64,000 nucleotides of DNA from Henriciella sp. (GTDB taxonomy: Bacteria; Pseudomonadota; Alphaproteobacteria; Caulobacterales; Hyphomonadaceae), in NCBI GenBank assembly GCA_965228095.1, contig OZ245793.1:3563516-3627515 (forward strand), given 5' to 3'. The notes beneath the pieces are model-generated. The model was given only the letters and a program-made list of their open reading frames with translations. It searched no databases and was not told the origin of the DNA. Every line of letters starts with the position of its first letter. The stretch's first letter is position 1. A program made the position numbers and the translations under genes. This document shows positions 10,270 to 17,518 of this stretch, piece after piece.

Positions 10270-10512
10270 ATGAAGATGATTAGAGCTGCCCTCGCCGGGC
10301 TGGCATTGATGCTGCCTGGCTGTCAAACAATCAAAGTTCAGGGTGTCGAAATCGATCGGGAAACACAGTTCGTGGCTGCCGCGTTCGCTGTCGCCGGCGC
10401 TTTGGTAATTGCCCATCTGGCGGATGGCGATGATGAGCAGGAAAAGTGCACGCAATATGTGTCCGTCCCGCCAGGCAAAGATGCGCCATTCATGTGCGAA
10501 GATGAATGGTGA
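10270..10512 (+). CDS. Small lipoprotein
   Basis: Signal peptide with LALMLPGC lipobox; GGAG RBS; paralog 58863..59099. Confidence 0.65.
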   Translation: MKMIRAALAGLALMLPGCQTIKVQGVEIDRETQFVAAAFAVAGALVIAHLADGDDEQEKCTQYVSVPPGKDAPFMCEDEW

Positions 10513-10522
10513 GGCGAGTTCA

Positions 10523-10828
10523 ATGAAGCCCATGGAGATTGAAGAGCTCATGCCGATCCTCATAAAGGCGCGGCATACAGAGCTTTTAAATTCGCCGCCG
10601 CGCGCGATCGTGCTGACATATCGAAAACTGAAGTCGAAACAGACTCTCATGGCCGCTGAAAAGCGGCTTTTGTTTGAGTGCTGTTTGATGATCGAGATGT
10701 ACAATTTCAGCAACTCGGCCGGCGAAGCCAGCGAGGTTCGCACAGAGCTGCAGTCTCGCTTCAAGTCCTTCCAATTTCGTCTGAAACCAAAAGCGAAACC
10801 GAAGGCCAAACCGAAAGCAAAGAAATGA
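10523..10828 (+). CDS. Hypothetical protein with basic KPKA C-terminal repeats
   Basis: Conserved in both prophages (59110..59415); ATGA overlap with endolysin. Confidence 0.65.
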   Translation: MKPMEIEELMPILIKARHTELLNSPPRAIVLTYRKLKSKQTLMAAEKRLLFECCLMIEMYNFSNSAGEASEVRTELQSRFKSFQFRLKPKAKPKAKPKAKK

Positions 10829-11289
10829 CCAGTTATCGTATTGATCGCGCCGAGCGAGGTGCGCACAGCCAGTCCTGGGACATTCTAGGTGAAGGTGACA
10901 CGATCGGGCCTGAGCACCACACTCACGCATCCTGGGACCAATTGTGGCGTTGGCCGAACTTCAAGCCTGAAGAGCTGGCAAGCGAGTCCGATGGCATGTT
11001 GATGTTGTACGCGCCTGCGATCGATGCGCTTCAGGCGGTTCGAACGCATCTTGGCCAGCCACTGACCATCAATAGCGCTTACCGGTCGCCGGCGCATAAT
11101 CACAAGATCGGGGGTGCGAAGCGTTCTCGACATCTGGCTGGCGCTGCGTTTGACGTCAGCTGCCCGCCTGGATCGCAAGAGGTTCTGGCAAAGGTTGCGC
11201 GAAGCTTTGGTTTTAACGGCCTCATTTTCTATAACTCATTCGTTCACCTAGATTTCCGTGCTCGTAGATATGAACGGACACGCCGCTGA
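10825..11289 (+). CDS. Endolysin, peptidase M15A family
   Basis: INSAYRS..HN..IGGA..SRHL.G.AFD...FVHLD Zn-peptidase motifs. Confidence 0.85.
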   Translation: MTSYRIDRAERGAHSQSWDILGEGDTIGPEHHTHASWDQLWRWPNFKPEELASESDGMLMLYAPAIDALQAVRTHLGQPLTINSAYRSPAHNHKIGGAKRSRHLAGAAFDVSCPPGSQEVLAKVARSFGFNGLIFYNSFVHLDFRARRYERTRR

Positions 11290-11600
11290 TGGGTGAGCCT
11301 GTCGGGAAGTATCTCTATAAACTGGAGAATGAAGAGGAGGCCTACCTCCTTTTTTTATGCCCAGGTTGCAAGTGCACGCACCCATTCACCATTCGCCGAA
11401 CCGATCTCGCGCGCCCGTGTTGGACCTACAATGAGGATCCGGACGCCCCAACGTTCAGTCCGTCGCTCCTGGTCAATCAACACCATCCTCAATCACGCTG
11501 CCATCTCTTCGTGGAGCGCGGCCGAATTCGCTACCTGCAGGACTGTCATCATGACCTGCGGGGGCAAACGATAGACCTGCCGGCGTACCCGGCAGACTAA
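11289..11600 (+). CDS. DUF6527-like Cys/His protein
   Basis: FLCPGC..H, W..N.D...PTFSPSLLV, CH.FV..GRI.YL.DC.H pattern. Confidence 0.6.
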   Translation: MGEPVGKYLYKLENEEEAYLLFLCPGCKCTHPFTIRRTDLARPCWTYNEDPDAPTFSPSLLVNQHHPQSRCHLFVERGRIRYLQDCHHDLRGQTIDLPAYPAD

Positions 11601-11658
11601 ACAGGCGCGCCGGCTGCCTGCCCCAAACGCCGGTTCCCTCAAAACAAGGAAACTTACT

Positions 11659-11859
11659 ATGGAACCCATTATCCAAATGGTCGTGTCTGCTCTGACGCCT
11701 ATGGGCAAAGAGTTCGCGGAAAAGACCGGTCTCGATGCCGGCGAACATGTTCGAGATCTCGTAGCGGATTCAGAGAACACGCTCGATGACACCGCGGTCG
11801 AGGTGCTGGAAGTCTTTTTGAATTCCTTCATCCAGGGCTTGGGCGATCCCGCCGAGTAA
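11659..11859 (+). CDS. Small acidic hypothetical protein
   Basis: AAGGA RBS; paralog 60246..60446. Confidence 0.65.
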   Translation: MEPIIQMVVSALTPMGKEFAEKTGLDAGEHVRDLVADSENTLDDTAVEVLEVFLNSFIQGLGDPAE

Positions 11860-12090
11860 ATGGATAACGCCCTGATCTGGGGCGGTGTTCTGGTCGTCTT
11901 GTTGGGTGGCGCGCTCTACTTTGCGCGCAAATCCGGCAAGGCGTCTGAGCGGGCGTCCCGTCACGAGGCGAGAGCCAAAGACGAAAAGAAGAAATCCGAT
12001 GCGCTACAAGAAGCTAATGCCACTCCTGCTAATTCCGTTCGCGACCGGTTGCGTCGGTTGGCCCGGAAGCGAGGGGGTATGTCCGATTAG
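11860..12090 (+). CDS. Inner-membrane spanin (Rz-like)
   Basis: N-terminal TM helix then charged helical periplasmic part; overlaps lipoprotein gene. Confidence 0.7.
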   Translation: MDNALIWGGVLVVLLGGALYFARKSGKASERASRHEARAKDEKKKSDALQEANATPANSVRDRLRRLARKRGGMSD

Positions 12091-12202
12091 GCCCATCTAT
12101 AGTGAGGCTGACGTCGAGAACATGTCAGATGAGCTCGCCGAATACCTCCTGGCCGTGGAGCTTCAGGGCGAGAAAATGGGTTGCTGGGACCTGGAAGAAT
12201 AA
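11999..12202 (+). CDS. Outer-membrane spanin lipoprotein (Rz1-like), overlapping frame
   Basis: MRYKKLMPLLLIPFATGC lipobox in +1 frame starting inside the Rz-like gene; same in prophage B. Confidence 0.7.
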   Translation: MRYKKLMPLLLIPFATGCVGWPGSEGVCPIRPIYSEADVENMSDELAEYLLAVELQGEKMGCWDLEE

Positions 12203-12225
12203 ATCTAATCACACGGGGCTGGTGA

Positions 12226-12654
12226 ATGTTTCTATCGACCAAATTTATGCTGCACGGAACGCTGATCGTGTTGTCAGCGATCGCCGGAACCAGCGCGACA
12301 GTGGTGCCGGCAGCGACTTCGGTCGTTGGTCTGTCCGCGATGGTGATCGCCGCGGCCTGCGCCGGCTCGGCGTCCGCAATCCTGTTTCTGATTTTGGATC
12401 AGAAAGAACGTCCGCCCGAGCGAATTTTTCGCCGCGTCTTTTGGGTTGTGGCTGCCTTTGCGCTTGGCGCGGCCTTCGGACTGTTCGTAGGGCCTTCGAT
12501 TGCGAGTTCATCGCCGCTCGATCGAATTGCCGGCACCTATATCGGCGGCCTGGTGGGCTTCGGTGTCATCGGCGTTCTCGTAAGTCCGAAAACCATGAAG
12601 GCGCTTGGGGCCTGGCTCGTCGCGATATTGACCAAGCGCGGAGGTGGCTCATGA
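12226..12654 (+). CDS. Holin-like membrane protein
   Basis: 3-4 hydrophobic helices, basic C-terminus, lysis cluster. Confidence 0.55.
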   Translation: MFLSTKFMLHGTLIVLSAIAGTSATVVPAATSVVGLSAMVIAAACAGSASAILFLILDQKERPPERIFRRVFWVVAAFALGAAFGLFVGPSIASSSPLDRIAGTYIGGLVGFGVIGVLVSPKTMKALGAWLVAILTKRGGGS

Positions 12655-13007
12655 CCTATCTAATCGCGTTCCTGTGCCTGCTGCAGGCCGTTCTCGCCGT
12701 CATCATTATGTATTTCCTTACACAAGTGCCGTCACTGACGCCGCGATGGCCCTGGAAACATCCCTTCAGTCCGGTCTTGGAACGATTGATGAGCACCGGA
12801 ATCAACATGGCCTGGCTGGGCTATATGATCCTGATGATCTATATCGCATCGGCGTTAGCGCTCGGGGAGCTTGATGCTGAAACACTCCTGGAAATGTTGG
12901 CGATGGGTAATCCAGGACTTTTCCTGGCCTTCAGCTTTGGCTCGGTAATCCTAGGTCATTTTGCTTGGTTCGCCTGGCGCGCGGATCATCAGAGGTTCGG
13001 TCCTTAG
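12651..13007 (+). CDS. Membrane protein (holin/antiholin-like)
   Basis: 3 TM helices; ATGA overlap; paralog 61239..61595. Confidence 0.55.
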   Translation: MTYLIAFLCLLQAVLAVIIMYFLTQVPSLTPRWPWKHPFSPVLERLMSTGINMAWLGYMILMIYIASALALGELDAETLLEMLAMGNPGLFLAFSFGSVILGHFAWFAWRADHQRFGP

Positions 13008-13037
13008 AGTCGACTCCCTCCATCTTAGATTTTGTTC

Positions 13038-13066
13038 GCCCCGCCGTTTGGCGGGGCTTTTTCTTT
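13038..13066 (+). terminator. Intrinsic terminator ending late operon
   Basis: GCCCCGCC-gttt-GGCGGGGC followed by TTTTTCTTT; equivalent at 61624. Confidence 0.85.
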
Positions 13067-13148
13067 GCCTTCATTTCTGTTTCATTGGGACGGACTGTTT
13101 TTTTAACCCAACTGTTCAGGTGAAAACTGACGTGGAACTGCATCGAGA

Positions 13149-13916
13149 ATGAACCAAGGCGAACAGAACCAATTCGAAATCATGGCCGCATCTATCAAAG
13201 CGATAGCGGCCGCGACGGATCCCGCGCAGATTCTCGGCATCACCAAACATTTCCTGAGAGATTTCACATTTGGCGTAGAGCACACGGCCCACGATCGCGG
13301 CATGCTTGGCATTTTCATGTTGAAATCAGATGGGCTCGAGGAAGAGAAACGCATTTCGGTTTCGAACTGGACTCCGGCATTCGTCACGGAACGCGCGATG
13401 TTGAATGGCTACACCCACGATCCGTCTGTCATCATGGTCCAACAGGCTGCAAAGCCGTTCACCTGGGCCCAAGGTATGGAAGGCGCTGACAGGGCCTCTC
13501 TCGCGATCGCTGACCTGTGCCAGGAGCACACTGGACAGCGCGATGGCCTCACTTTCCCGATCGCGGATGTGAACATGCTGAAAGGGGCCGCCACGGTTGG
13601 ATTTGATCTGGCGCCCACGGACTTCAGTCCAATCCAGATCGGAATGATGCACCACGTCTTTATCGCCGCATATGCCCGCCTTTACCGCCTGCAGGGGCCG
13701 TTCCCAGAAGATATCTCGCCGAGCTATTCCCCGCGGCAAAGAGAAATCATTCGTCTACTGGCGCTGGGAAAGACGGTGGCGGACGCCGCGAGGATCATGG
13801 GATGCAGCGTGGCCACTGCCCAGGACCACCTGGCGCAGGCCAAACAGAAAGTCGGTGCGCGCACCAATCCGGAACTGATCGCAAAGTCGATCGATAAAAA
13901 TGTGGTGCTGCGCTGA
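13149..13916 (+). CDS. luxR: LuxR-family quorum-sensing regulator (autoinducer-binding domain plus HTH)
   Basis: 255 aa; HDP, PFTW and DGLTFP ligand-domain motifs; SPRQREIIRLLALGKT LuxR HTH. Confidence 0.9.
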   Translation: MNQGEQNQFEIMAASIKAIAAATDPAQILGITKHFLRDFTFGVEHTAHDRGMLGIFMLKSDGLEEEKRISVSNWTPAFVTERAMLNGYTHDPSVIMVQQAAKPFTWAQGMEGADRASLAIADLCQEHTGQRDGLTFPIADVNMLKGAATVGFDLAPTDFSPIQIGMMHHVFIAAYARLYRLQGPFPEDISPSYSPRQREIIRLLALGKTVADAARIMGCSVATAQDHLAQAKQKVGARTNPELIAKSIDKNVVLR

Positions 13917-13936
13917 TACCCTAAAAATTTAGGGTA
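13917..13936. promoter_or_regulatory. lux-box-like 20-bp inverted repeat upstream of luxI
   Basis: TACCCTAAA-AA-TTTAGGGTA with perfect 9-bp arms, centred ~55 bp before luxI ATG. Confidence 0.7.
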
Positions 13937-13980
13937 CCGCGGAAACTGGGAACCCGGACACTCCAATCAAAGGAGTGTTC

Positions 13981-14658
13981 ATGGCCGAGTTGATTTTACC
14001 CGAAAACCGTCACCTCTATCTGCATGTCCTCGATGCGATGCACGTCGCTCGTTTTGAGCTGTTTTTCGATGGCCTCGGATGGGATCCGGTCGAATGTGGC
14101 CTGGATCGGCCGCAAGACAAATATGACAAAGACCAGTTCGATAAAGACGATACGGTGTACATCATTGAGCGCATGCCTGAGACGGGTGAGGTGGTTGGTT
14201 TCTGCCGGATCAATCCGACCACGTCACCGCACATGATGGATCAGGTTTTCGCAGACTATTGCGAATACGATGGTGTTCCGATCGGGGCGAGCATTCATGA
14301 GGTGTCCCGGCTCGGTTATGATTATCGCGTTCTGAAGCGTAACCGCGACGACTGGAAAGAGGTCCGCTTTCGAATGACCAGCGCGATCTCAGAGTACTGT
14401 CTCTTGCGCGGCATCGACCAGGTCACCTATTGCGTTCATGATCATATCTTCAATGCCATCCAACAAGATACGTGGGGTGCCATCCCCCTTGGAAATCAGA
14501 GATATGATAAACGCCTGGATCAGTTCTATCAGGCGGGAATCTCAGATATTACACGAGAGGGCTTGGAGAGATGCCGCGCCGAACTACGTCGACCTGAAGA
14601 TGACGTTTTGACTTATTTCGGCCCGGTCGCGGCCGCACAGTTGAAGGAGGCGGCGTGA
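13981..14658 (+). CDS. luxI: Acyl-homoserine-lactone synthase (LuxI family)
   Basis: RFELF, LGW, DKDQFD, CRINPT, HEVSR match conserved LuxI residues; AAGGAG RBS. Confidence 0.9.
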   Translation: MAELILPENRHLYLHVLDAMHVARFELFFDGLGWDPVECGLDRPQDKYDKDQFDKDDTVYIIERMPETGEVVGFCRINPTTSPHMMDQVFADYCEYDGVPIGASIHEVSRLGYDYRVLKRNRDDWKEVRFRMTSAISEYCLLRGIDQVTYCVHDHIFNAIQQDTWGAIPLGNQRYDKRLDQFYQAGISDITREGLERCRAELRRPEDDVLTYFGPVAAAQLKEAA

Positions 14659-14837
14659 TGGGAAAAGCAGCGCGAAAAGTCGATCCCCTTGAAAATATTG
14701 CTGAGTTGATTGATTGGTTGACCGATCGCGCAACGGACGAAACAGGTGCGAGTGATGCGCTTCGCAAAAAGCTGGCAGAGGCAAAAGAGCAGGCCAAACG
14801 CGACCTGGACACACATCGGTCAGCGAGAGGTTCCTAG
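14658..14837 (+). CDS. Small protein (59 aa) coupled to luxI; smORF-A
   Basis: TGATG overlap with luxI stop; homologous to 61857..62054 (PL..I.EL, AT...GASD.LR, QA..DL). Confidence 0.75.
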   Translation: MGKAARKVDPLENIAELIDWLTDRATDETGASDALRKKLAEAKEQAKRDLDTHRSARGS

Positions 14838-15182
14838 ATCCAATACGGTTAGAACTGCATCCAGGGTTTCGATATCTGCGTTGCGCAGCATCTCTTTCAC
14901 TCGATCCACTCGCAGCTGCCTCGAGGCTGCGTCTCCGACGCTGTCACTCCCGAACGTTTCGGCTTCAGGAAAAAAGTAGCCGGCTTTGACCTCGAGCACA
15001 TCACAGATTTGATCGAGCACGTTGGCGGGAACCGGTCGATCTCCGCGCTCATAGTTGCTAAGGGTCGCGCGTTGGATATCAAGCTTTGCCGCGAGGCGCT
15101 GCTGGCTCAACCGTCTTTCATCGCGCGCTGCGCGTATCGCCTGCCCAATTCGGCGGTCAATTTTTTTCCGTTTAGTCGGCAT
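14820..15182 (-). CDS. XRE-family HTH repressor
   Basis: IRAARDERRLSQQRLAAKLDIQRATLSNYERG HTH_3 motif; paralog 61998..62366. Confidence 0.9.
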   Translation of the reverse strand: MPTKRKKIDRRIGQAIRAARDERRLSQQRLAAKLDIQRATLSNYERGDRPVPANVLDQICDVLEVKAGYFFPEAETFGSDSVGDAASRQLRVDRVKEMLRNADIETLDAVLTVLDLGTSR

Positions 15183-15218
15183 GGTTGATATTATAGGTAT
15201 CTCGCGCGCTGGTGGAAA
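15183..15218 (-). promoter_or_regulatory. Sigma70-type promoter giving a probable leaderless XRE mRNA
   Basis: Minus strand TTTCCA-N17-TATAAT-N7-ATG; same geometry in prophage B. Confidence 0.6.
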
Positions 15219-15447
15219 GTTTACAGAATCGAACATTTTACTACCCCTGCAACGGTGCGTTTCAGGAAACGTGTTTACTGCCCTTAAAACGACCTAATCG
15301 TATGTTGACTCACGCAACACCGATGACAAGTTTGTTTCAAAAATATAACAGCAGTCATCTGCAACTGAACTAAGCCGACAATACACGAAGGCACTTATTG
15401 CGGTGCTTTCTTATAGTACAGAATGTATAATATGGTGGGGTCTCAAA

Positions 15448-15669
15448 TTGACCAATACAGTTAATGATCAAACCGTCGCATCGTTGTTCTCCGGAAAGCT
15501 GATGCGCGCGCAAGACGTGCTCCATGCTGCCGGCACGCTGGCGCGGGTGGTTGAACAAAAGCAAGTCGTATCGGCCGGCGATCGCGATCTCGCCGCCCTG
15601 ATTGGGATCGTCACTTTGGTCCAGGAAGAATTTGACGGATTGCTCGACGAGGTTGCGCGGACTGCCTGA
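15448..15669 (+). CDS. Small protein (73 aa), smORF-B
   Basis: TTG start; homologous and equal in length to 62632..62853 (S.GDRDL.ALI, V..EF..L). Confidence 0.7.
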   Translation: MTNTVNDQTVASLFSGKLMRAQDVLHAAGTLARVVEQKQVVSAGDRDLAALIGIVTLVQEEFDGLLDEVARTA

Positions 15670-15821
15670 CCAGCGCGGTGGAAGAACAAACCAAGTTGTT
15701 CTTCCCCCATATTTCCCCCACATACCACGTTTGTTCCGGTCATTTGGCGACAATTCGCGACAATTGCCGACAAAACCCTCTTGCCTATGATTCCCATGTT
15801 TATTAGGGGTTTCCGCTCTGC

Positions 15822-15862
15822 GGAGAGGTGGCCGAGTGGCTGAAGGCGCTCCCCTGCTAAGG
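15822..15862 (+). pseudogene. 5' fragment of tRNA-Ser(GCT); putative att junction between the prophages
   Basis: GGAGAGGTGGCCGAGTGGCTGAAGGCGCTCCCCTGCTAAGG covers acceptor 5' strand, D arm and GCT anticodon loop; no variable or T arm follows. Confidence 0.85.
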
Positions 15863-15903
15863 TCCAAAGCATTTCAGTTAGACCCCTGATTCTTCTCATT
15901 TAA

Positions 15904-15919
15904 AACCGAACGCCGTTCG
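15904..15919 (-). repeat. 16-bp motif CGAACGGCGTTCGGTT, copy 1
   Basis: Identical copies at 24689, 32782 and 38124. Confidence 0.85.
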
Positions 15920-15927
15920 GCTCTTCC

Positions 15928-16542
15928 CTAGTTCTTCCGCAGCTCTTCATTCGGTGTCTCGGCCTGGGCTGCGAATTTCTCAATGATTTCAGCGCATCGC
16001 AGGCCGCCACCTGAGGCAGACAGCTGGTCGGCAATCTCGCGTCGGCGTTCCGGATCCGTTCGCTTGTTCGGATCAAAGGCAATCGCATCTGCGTCCTGGA
16101 CATCGAGCGCGCGAAGCTCCGGATGTGTGCGCAGCAGCTCGGCCGCCTTGCGACTGATATAAAGCCGGGGAGGATTGAAGCGCGTTTGCTCGTCGCGCAG
16201 TACATCTGTCATCATGATTTCGCTATCCCGCAATCCGGAGAAAGCGAGCGCGATATTGATCAGCGTTGCGTCATAGAGTTTGCGGTTTCTCGGATTGCCC
16301 ATCCGGCCTTCAGGGGTATGAAGCCCGCGCCTGGCGAGCGCCGCTTTCAAGTCTATGAGTGACTTCTTGCCGAAATTTGGCTGCGACAACCACCAGGCTT
16401 CAGTTTGCGCCGCAGCCTCTTCCCATGTCCAAACGCCGGCTATCCGAAGTGCATTTATTGTTCTGGCCTGCAGCTCATCTCCAAATTTGTCGCGATATCT
16501 CTCAATCTCGGCATTGTATTCGGATAGTGATTGATAGGTCAT
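15928..16542 (-). CDS. Protein with RNA polymerase alpha-CTD-like domain
   Basis: ELQARTINALRIAGV...WLSQPNFGKKSLIDLKAALARRGL resembles RpoA CTD (R..N.L, PNFGKKSL). Confidence 0.7.
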   Translation of the reverse strand: MTYQSLSEYNAEIERYRDKFGDELQARTINALRIAGVWTWEEAAAQTEAWWLSQPNFGKKSLIDLKAALARRGLHTPEGRMGNPRNRKLYDATLINIALAFSGLRDSEIMMTDVLRDEQTRFNPPRLYISRKAAELLRTHPELRALDVQDADAIAFDPNKRTDPERRREIADQLSASGGGLRCAEIIEKFAAQAETPNEELRKN

Positions 16543-16997
16543 ATGGATGTTCCAGCCTTCTCTGCATCTGTACGGGCCATGAAATCCGGATAGTAGTTCC
16601 GAAACATGGTCTCGATATCGTCTGCCATAGGCTCGTAACCCGATCTGGAGCGATATACGTTCAACACATTTTCGGTTCCCCTAATAAACAATTCCATCTC
16701 CAGAGAGGGCACTCTGTCTTGAAGTGCGTTTAAGTAATTCGGATCCTCAGGGTACGGATCTGGCACCGATGATATGCTTAAAATCTTAGTTTCATGAGAC
16801 GGCTCGTCTTCGTCCGCGAACTTGCGGCTGAAATGGTCCAGATCCTCGACAATGATGGTCGCATCAAGAACGTCAAAACGCGTACACAATAACTCGGTTT
16901 GGCGATTGCCGTCAGAATAAGTGCGCTCAACCTGGATGAACAAAATAGCGGGAGAAAGTGCGGTCATCCTAACGGTTCCTGGTTCTTCGGATTCCAT
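16539..16997 (-). CDS. Hypothetical protein
   Basis: 152-aa ORF overlapping its neighbours in the int operon. Confidence 0.55.
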   Translation of the reverse strand: MESEEPGTVRMTALSPAILFIQVERTYSDGNRQTELLCTRFDVLDATIIVEDLDHFSRKFADEDEPSHETKILSISSVPDPYPEDPNYLNALQDRVPSLEMELFIRGTENVLNVYRSRSGYEPMADDIETMFRNYYPDFMARTDAEKAGTSI

Positions 16998-17518
16998 CTC
17001 GCGCGCGCAATACGTTTTGCCTGCTCCAGGGTTGTCACACCAATCACCTGAGACGTCGTACCAACCAATTCCGTAACAGGTCGACTGCTGCCCTCATTGT
17101 AGGCGTCGATCGCCGCGTGAATGTCGTCGACGATCTCTTCGTGCGTTTGGCCCTGCTCAATGAACGACCGTGCAAATCCGGGTATGGCCTCCAGATCGCC
17201 CGGCCCGAGCATTGGGTCAGCAACCACGACATCACCGTCTCGGGTAAAATCGCCGGCGCGAGGTTTGTATAATGGGCTGCTGCTGGAGATGTTTTGCGGG
17301 TCAAAATCGCCTGGCAGGAACCCGATCAATTCCCCCGCTTGTTCAACCGGCAACATCCAGGAACTGTCTAGTTCGTCCGGAAATCCAAGGTTTGCGAGCG
17401 CCTGGCGCAAGCCAAGCTGCGAGATCATTTCGACCGGGACTCGGATGTGTTCTCCGCCCGAGAGTTTGAAGGATCTGCGATCGTTCATGCGATCTTCGAA
17501 ATTGGTAATCTCTTTCAT
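16964..17518 (-). CDS. Hypothetical protein
   Basis: Start MKEITNF overlaps integrase stop. Confidence 0.55.
   Translation of the reverse strand: MKEITNFEDRMNDRRSFKLSGGEHIRVPVEMISQLGLRQALANLGFPDELDSSWMLPVEQAGELIGFLPGDFDPQNISSSSPLYKPRAGDFTRDGDVVVADPMLGPGDLEAIPGFARSFIEQGQTHEEIVDDIHAAIDAYNEGSSRPVTELVGTTSQVIGVTTLEQAKRIARARWNPKNQEPLG

Larger units (their letters stand above)
1..15821 (+). mobile_element. Prophage A, right-hand part (tail, lysis, luxRI, regulatory cassette)
   Basis: Contiguous siphovirus tail and lysis genes, colinear with 48595-62853; ends at tRNA-Ser fragment. Confidence 0.9.

Noticed and set aside
12102-12650. 301-aa ORF 12102..13007 as a single protein
   Set aside because: The N-terminal part is a shadow frame over the spanin/holin genes; the real start is 12651, matching the 118-aa paralog at 61239.
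1-13007. Assembly artefact explaining the duplicated tail/lysis block
   Set aside because: The copies differ throughout by synonymous and amino-acid changes, indels and cargo genes, so they are not a mis-assembled repeat.
15822-15862. Functional tRNA-Ser gene
   Set aside because: The sequence stops just after the anticodon loop; there is no variable arm, T arm or 3' acceptor strand.
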